Made by a program: the position numbers and the translations under genes. Source: Staphylococcus phage vB_SscM-1. Taken from it: a stretch of 64,000 bases of DNA. A model generated the notes under the pieces. That model saw only the letters and a program-made list of their open reading frames with translations. It did no database searches and was not told the origin of the DNA. The stretch lies in the sequence record NC_047767.1; one strand, written 5' to 3'. How positions within the stretch are numbered: the stretch's first letter is position 1; every line of letters begins with the position of its first letter. Shown one piece after another: positions 50,940 to 60,306 of this stretch.

Positions 50940-51542
50940 ATGAGTAATGTGTATAATAAAGCAGACATGGTATTAATTGTAGCGGACTCTAAAGGTTTAG
51001 ACGAGAATGGTGAACTAAAAAGTGATGATTCTATATTAGGTATGTCAGGTTACGTAGATGGTAAGTTTAAGGCTGAGTCTGTAGTAGAAGCAGACAAGGA
51101 ATACAAAAAAGGAGACCTTGTTTGTGCTTTTATTACATTTAATGAAGAAACAGAAAGTAATGAAATCATTTCAAAATGGGTGGATGTTCCTGGTTTTAAA
51201 ACAAATCCTATCCCTATAACTGATATTACTACTAAAGGTAACTTAGAAGAAACACTTGAAGCTAATAAAGATTCTTATTTAGACGTTGATTTAATAGGTA
51301 CCGAAGATTCAAAATATGGTACTGTTCAAAAAGGTATAGACAATACTAAAACAATTAAAATATCAGCAGAAAGTTCTGACCCTACAATAGTAGAAATAAT
51401 GGAAACAAGTATACGTAGAGGTAGTACTAACCTAGTTTATAATGTTTCTTATAGAACATTAAAAGCAGGAGAAGCTACTATATCTATAAAACATGAGTAC
51501 CTTGATAAAACAATAACTAGAGAAATAACAGTTACAGAGTAA
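50940..51542 (+). CDS. Ig-like domain protein (200 aa)
   Basis: The C-terminal segment TIKISAESSDPTIVEIM…LKAGEATISIKHEY looks like an Ig/BIG-like beta-sandwich. Confidence 0.6.
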   Translation: MSNVYNKADMVLIVADSKGLDENGELKSDDSILGMSGYVDGKFKAESVVEADKEYKKGDLVCAFITFNEETESNEIISKWVDVPGFKTNPIPITDITTKGNLEETLEANKDSYLDVDLIGTEDSKYGTVQKGIDNTKTIKISAESSDPTIVEIMETSIRRGSTNLVYNVSYRTLKAGEATISIKHEYLDKTITREITVTE

Positions 51543-51548
51543 GTATTT

Positions 51549-51577
51549 AAGACTAGATTAATTTCTAGTCTTTTTTT
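51549..51577 (+). terminator. intrinsic terminator: 9-bp stem aagactaga/tctagtctt followed by a T7 run
   Basis: The hairpin and loop are identical to those of the 24541 terminator. Confidence 0.8.
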
Positions 51578-51579
51578 AT

Positions 51580-51608
51580 TTGACAAACAACTAATAGTAT
51601 GTTATACT
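51580..51608 (+). promoter_or_regulatory. sigma-A-type promoter: TTGACA, 17-bp spacer, TGtTATACT
   Basis: TTGACA at 51580-51585 and TATACT at 51603-51608. Confidence 0.7.
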
Positions 51609-51642
51609 TACATAGTAATAAAAAACAATAGGAGGAATATGA

Positions 51643-51891
51643 ATGGAAACTATTTTATTTAGAAATAACAATGACCATGTAAAAGTGAAGAAAGCAATGG
51701 AGAACAAGGAGAAGCATATTGTTGTTAAATTTGATGAAGTATCAGTAAACAACCTTAACGTTCAAGGTATGATGAATGCAATCCAGGACTATCTAGTTAT
51801 CTATGACTACAGAGTGAAAGAATATGGTAAAGATAACTCATCAGATAACGAAGATATGTTAGGTTATTTATATGAAAGAGTAGGTGACTAA
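51643..51891 (+). CDS. hypothetical protein (82 aa)
   Basis: RBS ATAGGAGGAATATGAATGG. Confidence 0.6.
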   Translation: METILFRNNNDHVKVKKAMENKEKHIVVKFDEVSVNNLNVQGMMNAIQDYLVIYDYRVKEYGKDNSSDNEDMLGYLYERVGD

Positions 51892-52651
51892 CATGTTAGT
51901 AATTATTAATAGCTTGCATACCCAAGTAAAAATTGTTGAAGAAGCTTTAACTAAAATATCAGGTTCTCATATCCATATAGATATTGCAGATAACTTAGAG
52001 ACAGCTATTGATAAGATAGACTACATGGAAGAGTCTACTGATGAGCTTGTAGTATTAGCAGGGTTTATATTTAACCATAGAGAAGTTAATAAATGGCTAA
52101 TAGAAAGAGGTAAGGTAATATTTGTATCGGATATAGGAACTTTACCGGTAGACCTTATAACAGTAGAGGAGCATATGAAACATTACTCTCTTATGCACCA
52201 GTTACTTATACTATTAGAAGGTAATGAAGAATACAATATACCCCATGAGCTCTATGTAGAAGCTCAAGAGGCAACTAATTGGTTTAATCTAAAACCATCT
52301 AATAAAGAATTTTTAAATAAATGTACAATAAAACTTGACTTACTGAAAGAAAAGTGTTATAATAAAGGTAATATTTACTTGATTTATGAAAATGACCCTA
52401 GCACTAAGATATTGTTGGCACATCACATACTAGATGATTTAGATAAGGGAATTGTTATAACAGGTTCTCAAACAAGGTCATCTAATGATATACTAACATT
52501 CTACTGCAAGGGTATTAATATGGAGAACTTAACTCAACTATTTGGGCAACCATATAATCCTGAGTCTAACATCTTCAGTACTTTCATACCTAGTCAAGTA
52601 GATGTACTTGGAAATAATATACTAAAGTTCATAAAGGAAGGAAGCAATTAA
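51884..52651 (+). CDS. hypothetical protein (255 aa)
   Basis: It overlaps the upstream gene by 8 nt. No motif was recognised. Confidence 0.65.
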   Translation: MTNMLVIINSLHTQVKIVEEALTKISGSHIHIDIADNLETAIDKIDYMEESTDELVVLAGFIFNHREVNKWLIERGKVIFVSDIGTLPVDLITVEEHMKHYSLMHQLLILLEGNEEYNIPHELYVEAQEATNWFNLKPSNKEFLNKCTIKLDLLKEKCYNKGNIYLIYENDPSTKILLAHHILDDLDKGIVITGSQTRSSNDILTFYCKGINMENLTQLFGQPYNPESNIFSTFIPSQVDVLGNNILKFIKEGSN

Positions 52652-53901
52652 TGGATAATAAATTCACAACCGTAGAAGAATTATATGCTGTAGTCATTGG
52701 AGTACAGTTAAAAGATGAGGGAAAGGTCGTATCAGCTAAGTTCAACAAGATAATTGGTGAGCTAGGGTTAGATAGAGTTTCTGTCAATGATATTAAGGAT
52801 ATCGTAGAAGAGATTAGAAATGATGAGTATCTTACAGAATTAAAGAATAGTGCTATTGAAGGAAAAATAACACTAGGAGATTTAAGAAGCGTAGAGGATA
52901 AGAAAGTATTTAATGGTAATGACTACCACAAAGTAGTATCTACTTATGTAGCAGAGAATGAGAAAGTATTATCAGACCTTAGAGAAATCAGAAGGCATAA
53001 TAAAGAAGGTGCCTATCTTCAAATGCTAATGGAAGGTTTAAAGGATTCCTTAGTAGATGAACTAGATGGTAAGAGTTACATTGATAAAGAGATTGTAGAT
53101 TCTAGAGGAGAAAAGGAACTAGTAGTATTACTGAGTGATTTTCATATTGGTTACGTCAATAGAGACCTAACTCATGGTGGTTACTTCTTTAGTGTACTTA
53201 AGAAAAGACTAAATCAGTTTATGCAAGAAACAATCCTCACAATCCAAGAACGCAATATTAATAATGTTACAGTATACTTTGTAGGTGACTTAGTAGAACA
53301 TATTAGTATGAGAGAGGTAAACCAAGCATTTGATACAGAGTTTACTTTAGCAGAACAAATTTCTAAAGGAACTAAGGTACTAGTAGATGTTTTAGGAACG
53401 CTTTCAGAACATACAAACGGTGAATTAAGATTCGGTATGATTGGTGGAAACCATGACCGATTACAAGGTAATAAGAATCATAAAGTATATAATGATAATG
53501 TTTCTTATATTGTGCTAGATACATTATTCTTACTACAAGAAACAGGAGCACTACAAGGCATTACCCTTATTGATAATAGGGAAGATGTTTATACAATAAG
53601 AGATAATGTAGCAGGTAAGGAGATTATTGTTAACCATGGAGACTTCTTAAAAGGTAAAGGTAATCATATTAATAAGTTTATTATTGATAAGTCAATAGAC
53701 TTACTTATTTCAGGACATGTACACCACTTCTCTGCAAGGCAAGAAGACTTTGCTAGAATGCATATTGTAGCTTCTTCTCCTATGGGATATAACAACTACG
53801 CTAAAGAACTTAATTTATCTAAAACAAAGCCTTCTCAACAATTAGTTATACTAGATAATAACGTAGAAGACATTGAGATTAAAACAGTATTTTTAGATTA
53901 G
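52651..53901 (+). CDS. calcineurin-like metallophosphoesterase with an N-terminal extension of about 150 aa
   Basis: Phosphoesterase motifs LLSDFHIGY (DxH), YFVGDLVEH (GDxxD), IGGNHD, NHGDFLKGKG and ISGHVHHF (GHxH). Confidence 0.75.
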   Translation: MDNKFTTVEELYAVVIGVQLKDEGKVVSAKFNKIIGELGLDRVSVNDIKDIVEEIRNDEYLTELKNSAIEGKITLGDLRSVEDKKVFNGNDYHKVVSTYVAENEKVLSDLREIRRHNKEGAYLQMLMEGLKDSLVDELDGKSYIDKEIVDSRGEKELVVLLSDFHIGYVNRDLTHGGYFFSVLKKRLNQFMQETILTIQERNINNVTVYFVGDLVEHISMREVNQAFDTEFTLAEQISKGTKVLVDVLGTLSEHTNGELRFGMIGGNHDRLQGNKNHKVYNDNVSYIVLDTLFLLQETGALQGITLIDNREDVYTIRDNVAGKEIIVNHGDFLKGKGNHINKFIIDKSIDLLISGHVHHFSARQEDFARMHIVASSPMGYNNYAKELNLSKTKPSQQLVILDNNVEDIEIKTVFLD

Positions 53902-53911
53902 GAGAGATAAT

Positions 53912-54271
53912 GTGAGTTATATTTTAAATATTATTATAGTGGTTATTATTATAACAACAATTAATTCAGTAAGTACAGTTCTACAGATTCGTTCTGTAGA
54001 AAGAGAAAGAGTGAAAGAAGGTTATGCACCTTTTAGTAACTTTGATTACTACTACCCTATAGGTTCATGGGTACTAGGAACCATAGTATTAATTATCCTA
54101 GCTTTATTTGTTAGATATATACCTGAGCCTACTAACCTATGGTGGGTATTACTAGCTTGTTTAGTTGTAGTTATTATACACTTCGTAGCAGGGTTGATTT
54201 CCTCAGGTATACTATCTGTATTACAAGCTAATAAAGTAAAAAAGGATAATCAACAGCAACTTAACCAATAG
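53912..54271 (+). CDS. membrane protein (119 aa); GTG start
   Basis: GTG follows TAGGAGAG. There are three hydrophobic helices. Confidence 0.6.
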   Translation: MSYILNIIIVVIIITTINSVSTVLQIRSVERERVKEGYAPFSNFDYYYPIGSWVLGTIVLIILALFVRYIPEPTNLWWVLLACLVVVIIHFVAGLISSGILSVLQANKVKKDNQQQLNQ

Positions 54272-54298
54272 AAGCAAGTTATACTTGCTTCTTTTTTA
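54271..54298 (+). terminator. intrinsic terminator: 9-bp stem gaagcaagt/acttgcttc followed by a T6 run
   Basis: The stem starts at the G of the TAG stop codon. The loop is tat, followed by TTTTTT. Confidence 0.75.
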
Positions 54299-54313
54299 TA
54301 CTTATGTTATAAT
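54285..54313 (+). promoter_or_regulatory. sigma-A-type promoter: TTGCTT, 17-bp spacer, TGtTATAAT; the -35 element is embedded in the terminator stem
   Basis: TTGCTT at 54285-54290 and TATAAT at 54308-54313. Confidence 0.6.
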
Positions 54314-54332
54314 AATAGTGAGGTGAAAATTT

Positions 54333-54863
54333 ATGAATTTTGATTTTAGTGCATTTGATGACAGTTCGGTAAAAATGAGAGTTAGTGAAGGTGTTTATTA
54401 CTTTGAGGACAATCCTATATACATTGTAGAGCATGTAGAAGAAGACTTGCATGAGTATGTAATGGTATATGATGTTCAAGAAGGTACAAAAGAACCAATG
54501 AAGAAGTTTACAACTGAGCCTGTTAATACACGTACAATACCAGGAGGTACTAAACTAAGTGATATTATAAAGAGTAGAATACCCCCTAGAATACAGTATA
54601 AAAAGGTAATACATGAGCCTATATTTGTTTCTAATATTATTCATATGGGTACAGATACTGTAACAGGTAAAGTAGGTAAAGGTTTCTTTGAAAGAGCTAA
54701 AGATAAAGAAATACTTTCAGAGAGTGGGCGTAAAGTAATTCCTGGAGCGTATACAGGTATCTTTATAGGTCTCAGCAATATTGAGTGGAGAAAGTCTTAT
54801 ACACCTTTAGAAAGTGTTATAGAGAACTACAGAAGACAGAGAGAAGACCGTATAAATGTCTGA
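54333..54863 (+). CDS. hypothetical protein (176 aa)
   Basis: RBS AGTGAGGTGAAAATTTATG. Confidence 0.65.
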   Translation: MNFDFSAFDDSSVKMRVSEGVYYFEDNPIYIVEHVEEDLHEYVMVYDVQEGTKEPMKKFTTEPVNTRTIPGGTKLSDIIKSRIPPRIQYKKVIHEPIFVSNIIHMGTDTVTGKVGKGFFERAKDKEILSESGRKVIPGAYTGIFIGLSNIEWRKSYTPLESVIENYRRQREDRINV

Positions 54864-55608
54864 TAACGTACAATTCTATGAGCAGGATATAAAGAATCTA
54901 ATTAGAACTAAAAAACATATGTTTAAAGATGATAATATTACGAGTGATATTAAAGATATAAAGATATTCAATGAAAAAGTAATATGTCAAGGTAAATGTA
55001 GAACAGATTGTTTAGTTCTTGATAGAAATGGTACTGTAATGGGCATTGAGATAAAGACTGAAAGAGACTCCACTCAAAGACTCAATAAACAATTGCAGTA
55101 CTACAGCTTAGTATGTGAGTATGTTTATGTTATGTGTCATGATAAGCATGTACCTAAAGTAGAACAAATCATTAAAAGATATGGTCATAAGCATGTAGGT
55201 ATCATGAGCTACATAAACTTTAAGGGTAAACCTATGGTAGGTAAGTACAAACAAGCTACACCATCCCCTCATAGAAGTCCTTATCATACACTTAACATAC
55301 TTTGGAAAGCTAACCTTCTTGTTATGCTTAAACAAATAAGAGACCCTCATACGTATAGAACAGGGTACAGTTATAATGCTGATGGTAGATATAGTGGTGG
55401 TGAAGGTAACTTCTCTCAAACAACTCAGAGTAAAAGAATGAAAAAGTATTCCATCATTAATCAGATAATAAAGTACTTAGGGGTAGAAAATACTTATAAG
55501 TTATTTACAAGAGTTGTTATTTATGGTTATAATAATAGATGGGAAGTTATAGAAGAGGATTTCTTTAATACTGTAAAAAATGGGGTAAAGAATATCAATG
55601 AAAAATAG
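54856..55608 (+). CDS. hypothetical protein with a PD-(D/E)xK-like nuclease motif
   Basis: The candidate D…ExK core is …CLVLDRNGTVMGIEIKTERD… It overlaps both neighbours by a few nucleotides. This is a weak call. Confidence 0.5.
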   Translation: MSDNVQFYEQDIKNLIRTKKHMFKDDNITSDIKDIKIFNEKVICQGKCRTDCLVLDRNGTVMGIEIKTERDSTQRLNKQLQYYSLVCEYVYVMCHDKHVPKVEQIIKRYGHKHVGIMSYINFKGKPMVGKYKQATPSPHRSPYHTLNILWKANLLVMLKQIRDPHTYRTGYSYNADGRYSGGEGNFSQTTQSKRMKKYSIINQIIKYLGVENTYKLFTRVVIYGYNNRWEVIEEDFFNTVKNGVKNINEK

Positions 55609-56041
55609 AAATGGTAGAAATAATATTCAACACCAACCTGTAAACTTTGCACCTACTAATTTATTAGGTGGTACAGGTAATAACTCTTTCTATAAGAAGA
55701 AACCAGGAGAGCATAAAGATGGAGCTAAGACAATTGTATATAAGCTTCTGTTCACTAAGAGGTTTGACTACGTATCACAAAAGGATATACAGATGCAAAA
55801 GAAATATGCTCTAAACCTTATTAGTGACTCTCTAGGTATAAAAGAAGAGTTCTTAACACTTAAGCAAAAAGGTAAGAAAGTAGAAGAAATACTGCACACA
55901 GATAGAGTATTCTATGTACACAGAGGTAAGAAATTAATTGGTAAGTGTAGTATAAGGGAGCAAAGAACCTTTAAAGGTACACACTTAATATATGTATTTA
56001 AAACAAGACATAGAACGTCTGGTAAAAAGAAAGGACAATGA
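55598..56041 (+). CDS. basic hypothetical protein (147 aa)
   Basis: Overlapping start. K/R-rich. Confidence 0.6.
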   Translation: MKNRNGRNNIQHQPVNFAPTNLLGGTGNNSFYKKKPGEHKDGAKTIVYKLLFTKRFDYVSQKDIQMQKKYALNLISDSLGIKEEFLTLKQKGKKVEEILHTDRVFYVHRGKKLIGKCSIREQRTFKGTHLIYVFKTRHRTSGKKKGQ

Positions 56042-56044
56042 TAG

Positions 56045-56884
56045 ATGTATTCAACAAATAAGGAAAAAGAAATAAAAGTAAATACTTTACTTAGAAGACT
56101 TACAGATAAGAGTACTCAACTAGTAGGGATATCTTACTCTAGTGATAAATTCCCTAATGGTATTTTATGTGAGCCTTATATAGATTCTATCCAATCAGAG
56201 GATGGTAGCTTAGAATTCTCTTCTAAAATATTCATGACAGAGAATGACAAGCTAAATATGAAATACTTTGATGGTAGCTTAGAACATTCAGGGTTAGGAT
56301 TTGTAAGAATAGAGCAAGCTCTAGAGGAAGTAAAGCAGAACACAGGATTAATAACTGGTCTTATGTTAAAGGATACTACGCTTTCTACTACTAAAAAGAT
56401 TGACTTAGTGAGTACGTTCATAAATCCTACAGTTACTTATCAAACAATAAAGTTATTGGATTATACATTCACTATATACAAGATTAAAGAAACAATGAAT
56501 GAGTTTACTCACATAGTAAACTTAATGGTAACTGAAAAACTTTATGATGGTCAAACTTTATTAGGTATGCTAGAGGGTGAGAAGTTTAGTAAGCCTCAAA
56601 CGTTACAGCTATTCAGATTATTAGCAGGAGATAAGCTAATTAATAAAGAAATAGCAGGAGCTTATATAGAAACATCTGATGCTAGATTTAGCTTATATAA
56701 CACTCATGAAACAGGTGTTTTCGTAGTCACTTCAGGAGACAAGATTTCTATTGCTTGTGGTCAATCATTTATTAATTTTGATATAGCTTCTATGGTTAGT
56801 TCTAATCTTAAAAGAGTATCTACAGATAAGTATACACTAGAAGTAAAACTAAAAAATAATAGAAAGTTAAATATTTTCATTTAA
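56045..56884 (+). CDS. hypothetical protein (279 aa)
   Basis: ATG lies 3 nt after the previous stop. Confidence 0.65.
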   Translation: MYSTNKEKEIKVNTLLRRLTDKSTQLVGISYSSDKFPNGILCEPYIDSIQSEDGSLEFSSKIFMTENDKLNMKYFDGSLEHSGLGFVRIEQALEEVKQNTGLITGLMLKDTTLSTTKKIDLVSTFINPTVTYQTIKLLDYTFTIYKIKETMNEFTHIVNLMVTEKLYDGQTLLGMLEGEKFSKPQTLQLFRLLAGDKLINKEIAGAYIETSDARFSLYNTHETGVFVVTSGDKISIACGQSFINFDIASMVSSNLKRVSTDKYTLEVKLKNNRKLNIFI

Positions 56885-56888
56885 AGTG

Positions 56889-56917
56889 TTGACAATCTCT
56901 TCCTCCTATGTTATAAT
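56889..56917 (+). promoter_or_regulatory. sigma-A-type promoter: TTGACA, 17-bp spacer, TGtTATAAT
   Basis: TTGACA at 56889-56894 and TATAAT at 56912-56917. Confidence 0.7.
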
Positions 56918-56953
56918 ATAATTATAAAATAACAATAGAGAGGAAGATTTATT

Positions 56954-57472
56954 ATGTTAGGATTTATTATTATGATTATGATTTGGGTAGGAGTAGTTGC
57001 AGTGTTTGCATTTTTGATTAACACAAATATGAAGATGAGCAACTACACATTTTTTGGAGCAGATGTATTAGCTATTGGAGCTTTATCAGCAGGTAGAATG
57101 GCAGTTAACGCAGGGTTCTTAGCAAGTTTTGTATCAATGATACCATTTATTGGGGGGTTACTTTCAGTACCTTTATACTTATTTATGGTAGTATGTTTGA
57201 TTCACGCATTCCCTTTACTATTTGGATGGGTAGTAGCAATCGTCATGGGTATTATTGGAGATGAATTACTATTTGCTTTACCAGTGCCAATGTTAAAGTT
57301 CTATAACTACTTTACACATATTAGTTTAGATGAGTTAATTGCTTATAAAGAGGGTAGAGTAGAAGAGTGCTGGGATATTTTCTTCCTAAAAGAAGACTTA
57401 GAACATAACCCAGAATTCATTAAGCATCAGATGGATTGGTACAAAGACGAACTATCTAAGCAAGAAAAGTAA
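56954..57472 (+). CDS. multi-pass membrane protein (172 aa)
   Basis: RBS GAGAGGAAGATTTATTATG. There are four or five hydrophobic helices. Confidence 0.65.
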   Translation: MLGFIIMIMIWVGVVAVFAFLINTNMKMSNYTFFGADVLAIGALSAGRMAVNAGFLASFVSMIPFIGGLLSVPLYLFMVVCLIHAFPLLFGWVVAIVMGIIGDELLFALPVPMLKFYNYFTHISLDELIAYKEGRVEECWDIFFLKEDLEHNPEFIKHQMDWYKDELSKQEK

Positions 57473-57825
57473 TAATTATACGTGTTTTCCATAAACAAAA
57501 TAAACTGTAAATACAGTAATTTTTTCTACATGATAATTAGCACATAAAAAGGTATTTTTGAAACAATAAAAATATTTTTAATAATTTCATATGGTACAAG
57601 GGTAAAAGAACTCTATATTATATTACTATTAAGTGTATTTTTTGAGTGTACCACAGTACTAAAATGAAAAGAGTACAGAAATTATGATATATTATATAGT
57701 GTAAGGGTGAAAACAGCACTATGACAACATTTGTTTGTGTATTGAACACTATTTCATTAAATGAGGTATTCAGTATATCTGTTTACTAAAATAATACACA
57801 TAAAAGGTTAGGAAGGTATATTATA

Positions 57826-58554
57826 ATGGCTAGAAAAAAGAATTTAAAGAATAAAAACAAAGGTAACTTATCTGTAGTTCCTACTAAGGAAACTAAACTA
57901 CAGCAACTGTACAATAATAAGTTATTACGCTCTAAGGTAGATAACGCTTTAGATGAGGACATTAAGTATGATGATATATTAGAGTTATGTAAGGAATATG
58001 ATTTAGAATTATCACATTCAGCACTAACTAGGTATAAACAGAAAAGAAAAGAAGCTATTGAAAATGGGTGGGATTTAGGAGAATACTTAGATAATAGAAA
58101 GAAATCTAATGTAGATTCTATTAAAAATAAAGAAGTAGATATCCTAGATAGTGAAGAATTAACACCATTCCAAGAATCTGTTAAACATACGCAGACAATC
58201 TATGATGATATTCAAGTATTAGAATCTATTATTCAAAAAGGTATGGCAGGTTTAAACTATGTAGAAACACTAGACCCTGCATTAATGCTTAGAGCAATAG
58301 AAACAAAGTCTAAAATTACAGATAACCAATTAAAAGGTATGAGCCTAATAGGTATACGGGAGCTACAACTTAAACAAACAGCTAAGGAAACAGCTATGAG
58401 TGAAGTACTACTAGAATTCGTACCTGAAAATAAACATGAAGAAGTGTTACAGCGTATGGAAGACCTAGAAAAAGAATTCTATAAAAACCTAGATTTAGAT
58501 GAAGAAGACAAAAAATTTAAGGAAGCACTCGATAGAGTAGGCTATACTTTTTAA
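57826..58554 (+). CDS. hypothetical early protein (242 aa); basic N-terminus, acidic C-terminus
   Basis: First gene after the 350-bp AT-rich gap. RBS AGGAAGG. Confidence 0.65.
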   Translation: MARKKNLKNKNKGNLSVVPTKETKLQQLYNNKLLRSKVDNALDEDIKYDDILELCKEYDLELSHSALTRYKQKRKEAIENGWDLGEYLDNRKKSNVDSIKNKEVDILDSEELTPFQESVKHTQTIYDDIQVLESIIQKGMAGLNYVETLDPALMLRAIETKSKITDNQLKGMSLIGIRELQLKQTAKETAMSEVLLEFVPENKHEEVLQRMEDLEKEFYKNLDLDEEDKKFKEALDRVGYTF

Positions 58555-58569
58555 TGTGAGGGGAATCTA

Positions 58570-59043
58570 ATGGAAGACATGAAACTATTATCATTAAAAC
58601 CGGTGGAAGAAGCAACACCTATTGATGATATACAACAAATTATTAAACACTTATTTGAGGGTAAAGTACTGAGAGTAGACCAAGATGATGACGGAGTAGT
58701 ACTAGTACGTATAGGAGTTAAGCACCCTCTTACAGAGATATCAAGAGAAGTAGACAAAGAAACTTTCTATTATAAGAGGTATTGGTTACCCTACAATGTA
58801 TCTATTAATGCACTTGTAACTTATAATGTATACTTAGATGAAGCGTATATAGAACACAATAATAAGTTTAAAGTAGGAGATATTGTAGAATATGATAGAG
58901 GAGATAAAGTACCTGAGAACAACTACAGAGATGTTGCTAAGGTACAGAGTGTCCTACAAGATGAAAACGGGAAAGGTTATTACTATAAATTATCAGGAGA
59001 TATGACAGTTTATAGAGAAGAAGAGTTGACAAAGGCAAAATAG
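58570..59043 (+). CDS. hypothetical protein (157 aa)
   Basis: RBS TGAGGGGAATCTAATG. Confidence 0.65.
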   Translation: MEDMKLLSLKPVEEATPIDDIQQIIKHLFEGKVLRVDQDDDGVVLVRIGVKHPLTEISREVDKETFYYKRYWLPYNVSINALVTYNVYLDEAYIEHNNKFKVGDIVEYDRGDKVPENNYRDVAKVQSVLQDENGKGYYYKLSGDMTVYREEELTKAK

Positions 59044-59054
59044 TATGTTATAAT
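59026..59054 (+). promoter_or_regulatory. sigma-A-type promoter: TTGACA, 17-bp spacer, TGtTATAAT
   Basis: TTGACA at 59026-59031 lies inside the 3' end of the upstream gene. TATAAT at 59049-59054. Confidence 0.65.
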
Positions 59055-59086
59055 ACAGTTATATTAAAGTAAAGGAGCAAGATAAT

Positions 59087-59539
59087 ATGATTATTTATCC
59101 AACAAAAGAGGAAGAAAGATTAATTAACAATACCAAAGCAAAGAAAGATTTTACACCTTTGAAGCAAGGTAGTAAGTTCAAGCATGAGAGAGAAAAGAAT
59201 ATTGTAGAGATGTATAACGACCATGTACCTGTTAAGGACATACAGTCAAAACTAGGTGTAAGTGCAGGACTAATTTATACAGTACTAAACAATCATAAAG
59301 TTTCTAAGAAGAACAATAGCTCTAAGTTACTTAAGAAGATTGGTCATATTTTAGATAATCCTGAAACTGTAAAAAACATCATTGTAGACTATCAGTTTAT
59401 GAGCTTGAAAGACATTTATAGAAAGTATAATATTCATAAGAATGGTCTATACTATATATTGGATTTATATGAAGTAGACAGAAAGTCTTCTGAGAAGGAA
59501 GAGATTCTTTCAAAAGTAGATGAAATTATCGTAGAATAG
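59087..59539 (+). CDS. helix-turn-helix DNA-binding protein (150 aa)
   Basis: HTH-like segment IVEMYNDHVPVKDIQSKLGVSAGLIYTVLNNH. Confidence 0.6.
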   Translation: MIIYPTKEEERLINNTKAKKDFTPLKQGSKFKHEREKNIVEMYNDHVPVKDIQSKLGVSAGLIYTVLNNHKVSKKNNSSKLLKKIGHILDNPETVKNIIVDYQFMSLKDIYRKYNIHKNGLYYILDLYEVDRKSSEKEEILSKVDEIIVE

Positions 59540-59550
59540 GATGATTATAT

Positions 59551-60249
59551 ATGAAGGAAAAGAAATCACTTAGAGATAGCATCAATAACTTAAAGCAAGA
59601 TAATTTCCCTTATGACGACATCAGTGACCTTACAGAAGAACCTAAAGAGGAAAAGAACTATACATTAGAAGAACTTAAGAGTAGCTTATTAGATAACCCA
59701 GGGTTAGAGGAAGTAGTAGGAGCATTTGAAAAAACTTCTAAGAATACACCTAAGGGTACTTTAATTCATACTAATGTAGACCTAGAGTCTTCTGATTTAA
59801 TTGGTATACCTCCAGGTCAGTACATTGGTATTGGTAATGGCTCTGCACTATATCATGCTCAGATGAAAGGTTTAATGGAGGGTGCTCCTAGAAGTACGGT
59901 AGAGAAATCTCAAGTATATGTACCTTTACTTCGTATAGAAAACTTCGTTGACAAGTTTAGTCAAGCAGACCTTGTAATAGCTATTAAGAATAGACAGCAG
60001 ATTACAGACCTTACAGGGGATGAAATGGAGTGGCTACTAACAGGTGTTAATAAGATTACTCAATTAAGTATTATTAGCAAGACAGATATTATAGCTAAAA
60101 TTGAAGATACTTTAGAGAACTATGATAAGCTTGTAGAACCTAAAAAAATAATTCAACACTTCATTAAACTTAAGGATATGTTACCTAACCCAACTAGTAA
60201 AATGCTCTACTGTGACATTCTTAATGAATGCGTATTAGTTATAGATTAA
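59551..60249 (+). CDS. hypothetical protein (232 aa)
   Basis: RBS TAGGATGATTATATATG. Confidence 0.65.
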   Translation: MKEKKSLRDSINNLKQDNFPYDDISDLTEEPKEEKNYTLEELKSSLLDNPGLEEVVGAFEKTSKNTPKGTLIHTNVDLESSDLIGIPPGQYIGIGNGSALYHAQMKGLMEGAPRSTVEKSQVYVPLLRIENFVDKFSQADLVIAIKNRQQITDLTGDEMEWLLTGVNKITQLSIISKTDIIAKIEDTLENYDKLVEPKKIIQHFIKLKDMLPNPTSKMLYCDILNECVLVID

Positions 60250-60306
60250 CAATTTAACTTCTCTTATATTATAAGGGAAGTTATTTTTATAAGGAATGGT
60301 GAGATT

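Noticed and set aside
57811-57828. TATAAT immediately abutting the ATG of 57826 as a promoter
   Set aside because: The spacing is incompatible with a -10 element and its RBS. There is no -35 at 17 bp. It is probably just AT-rich leader sequence.
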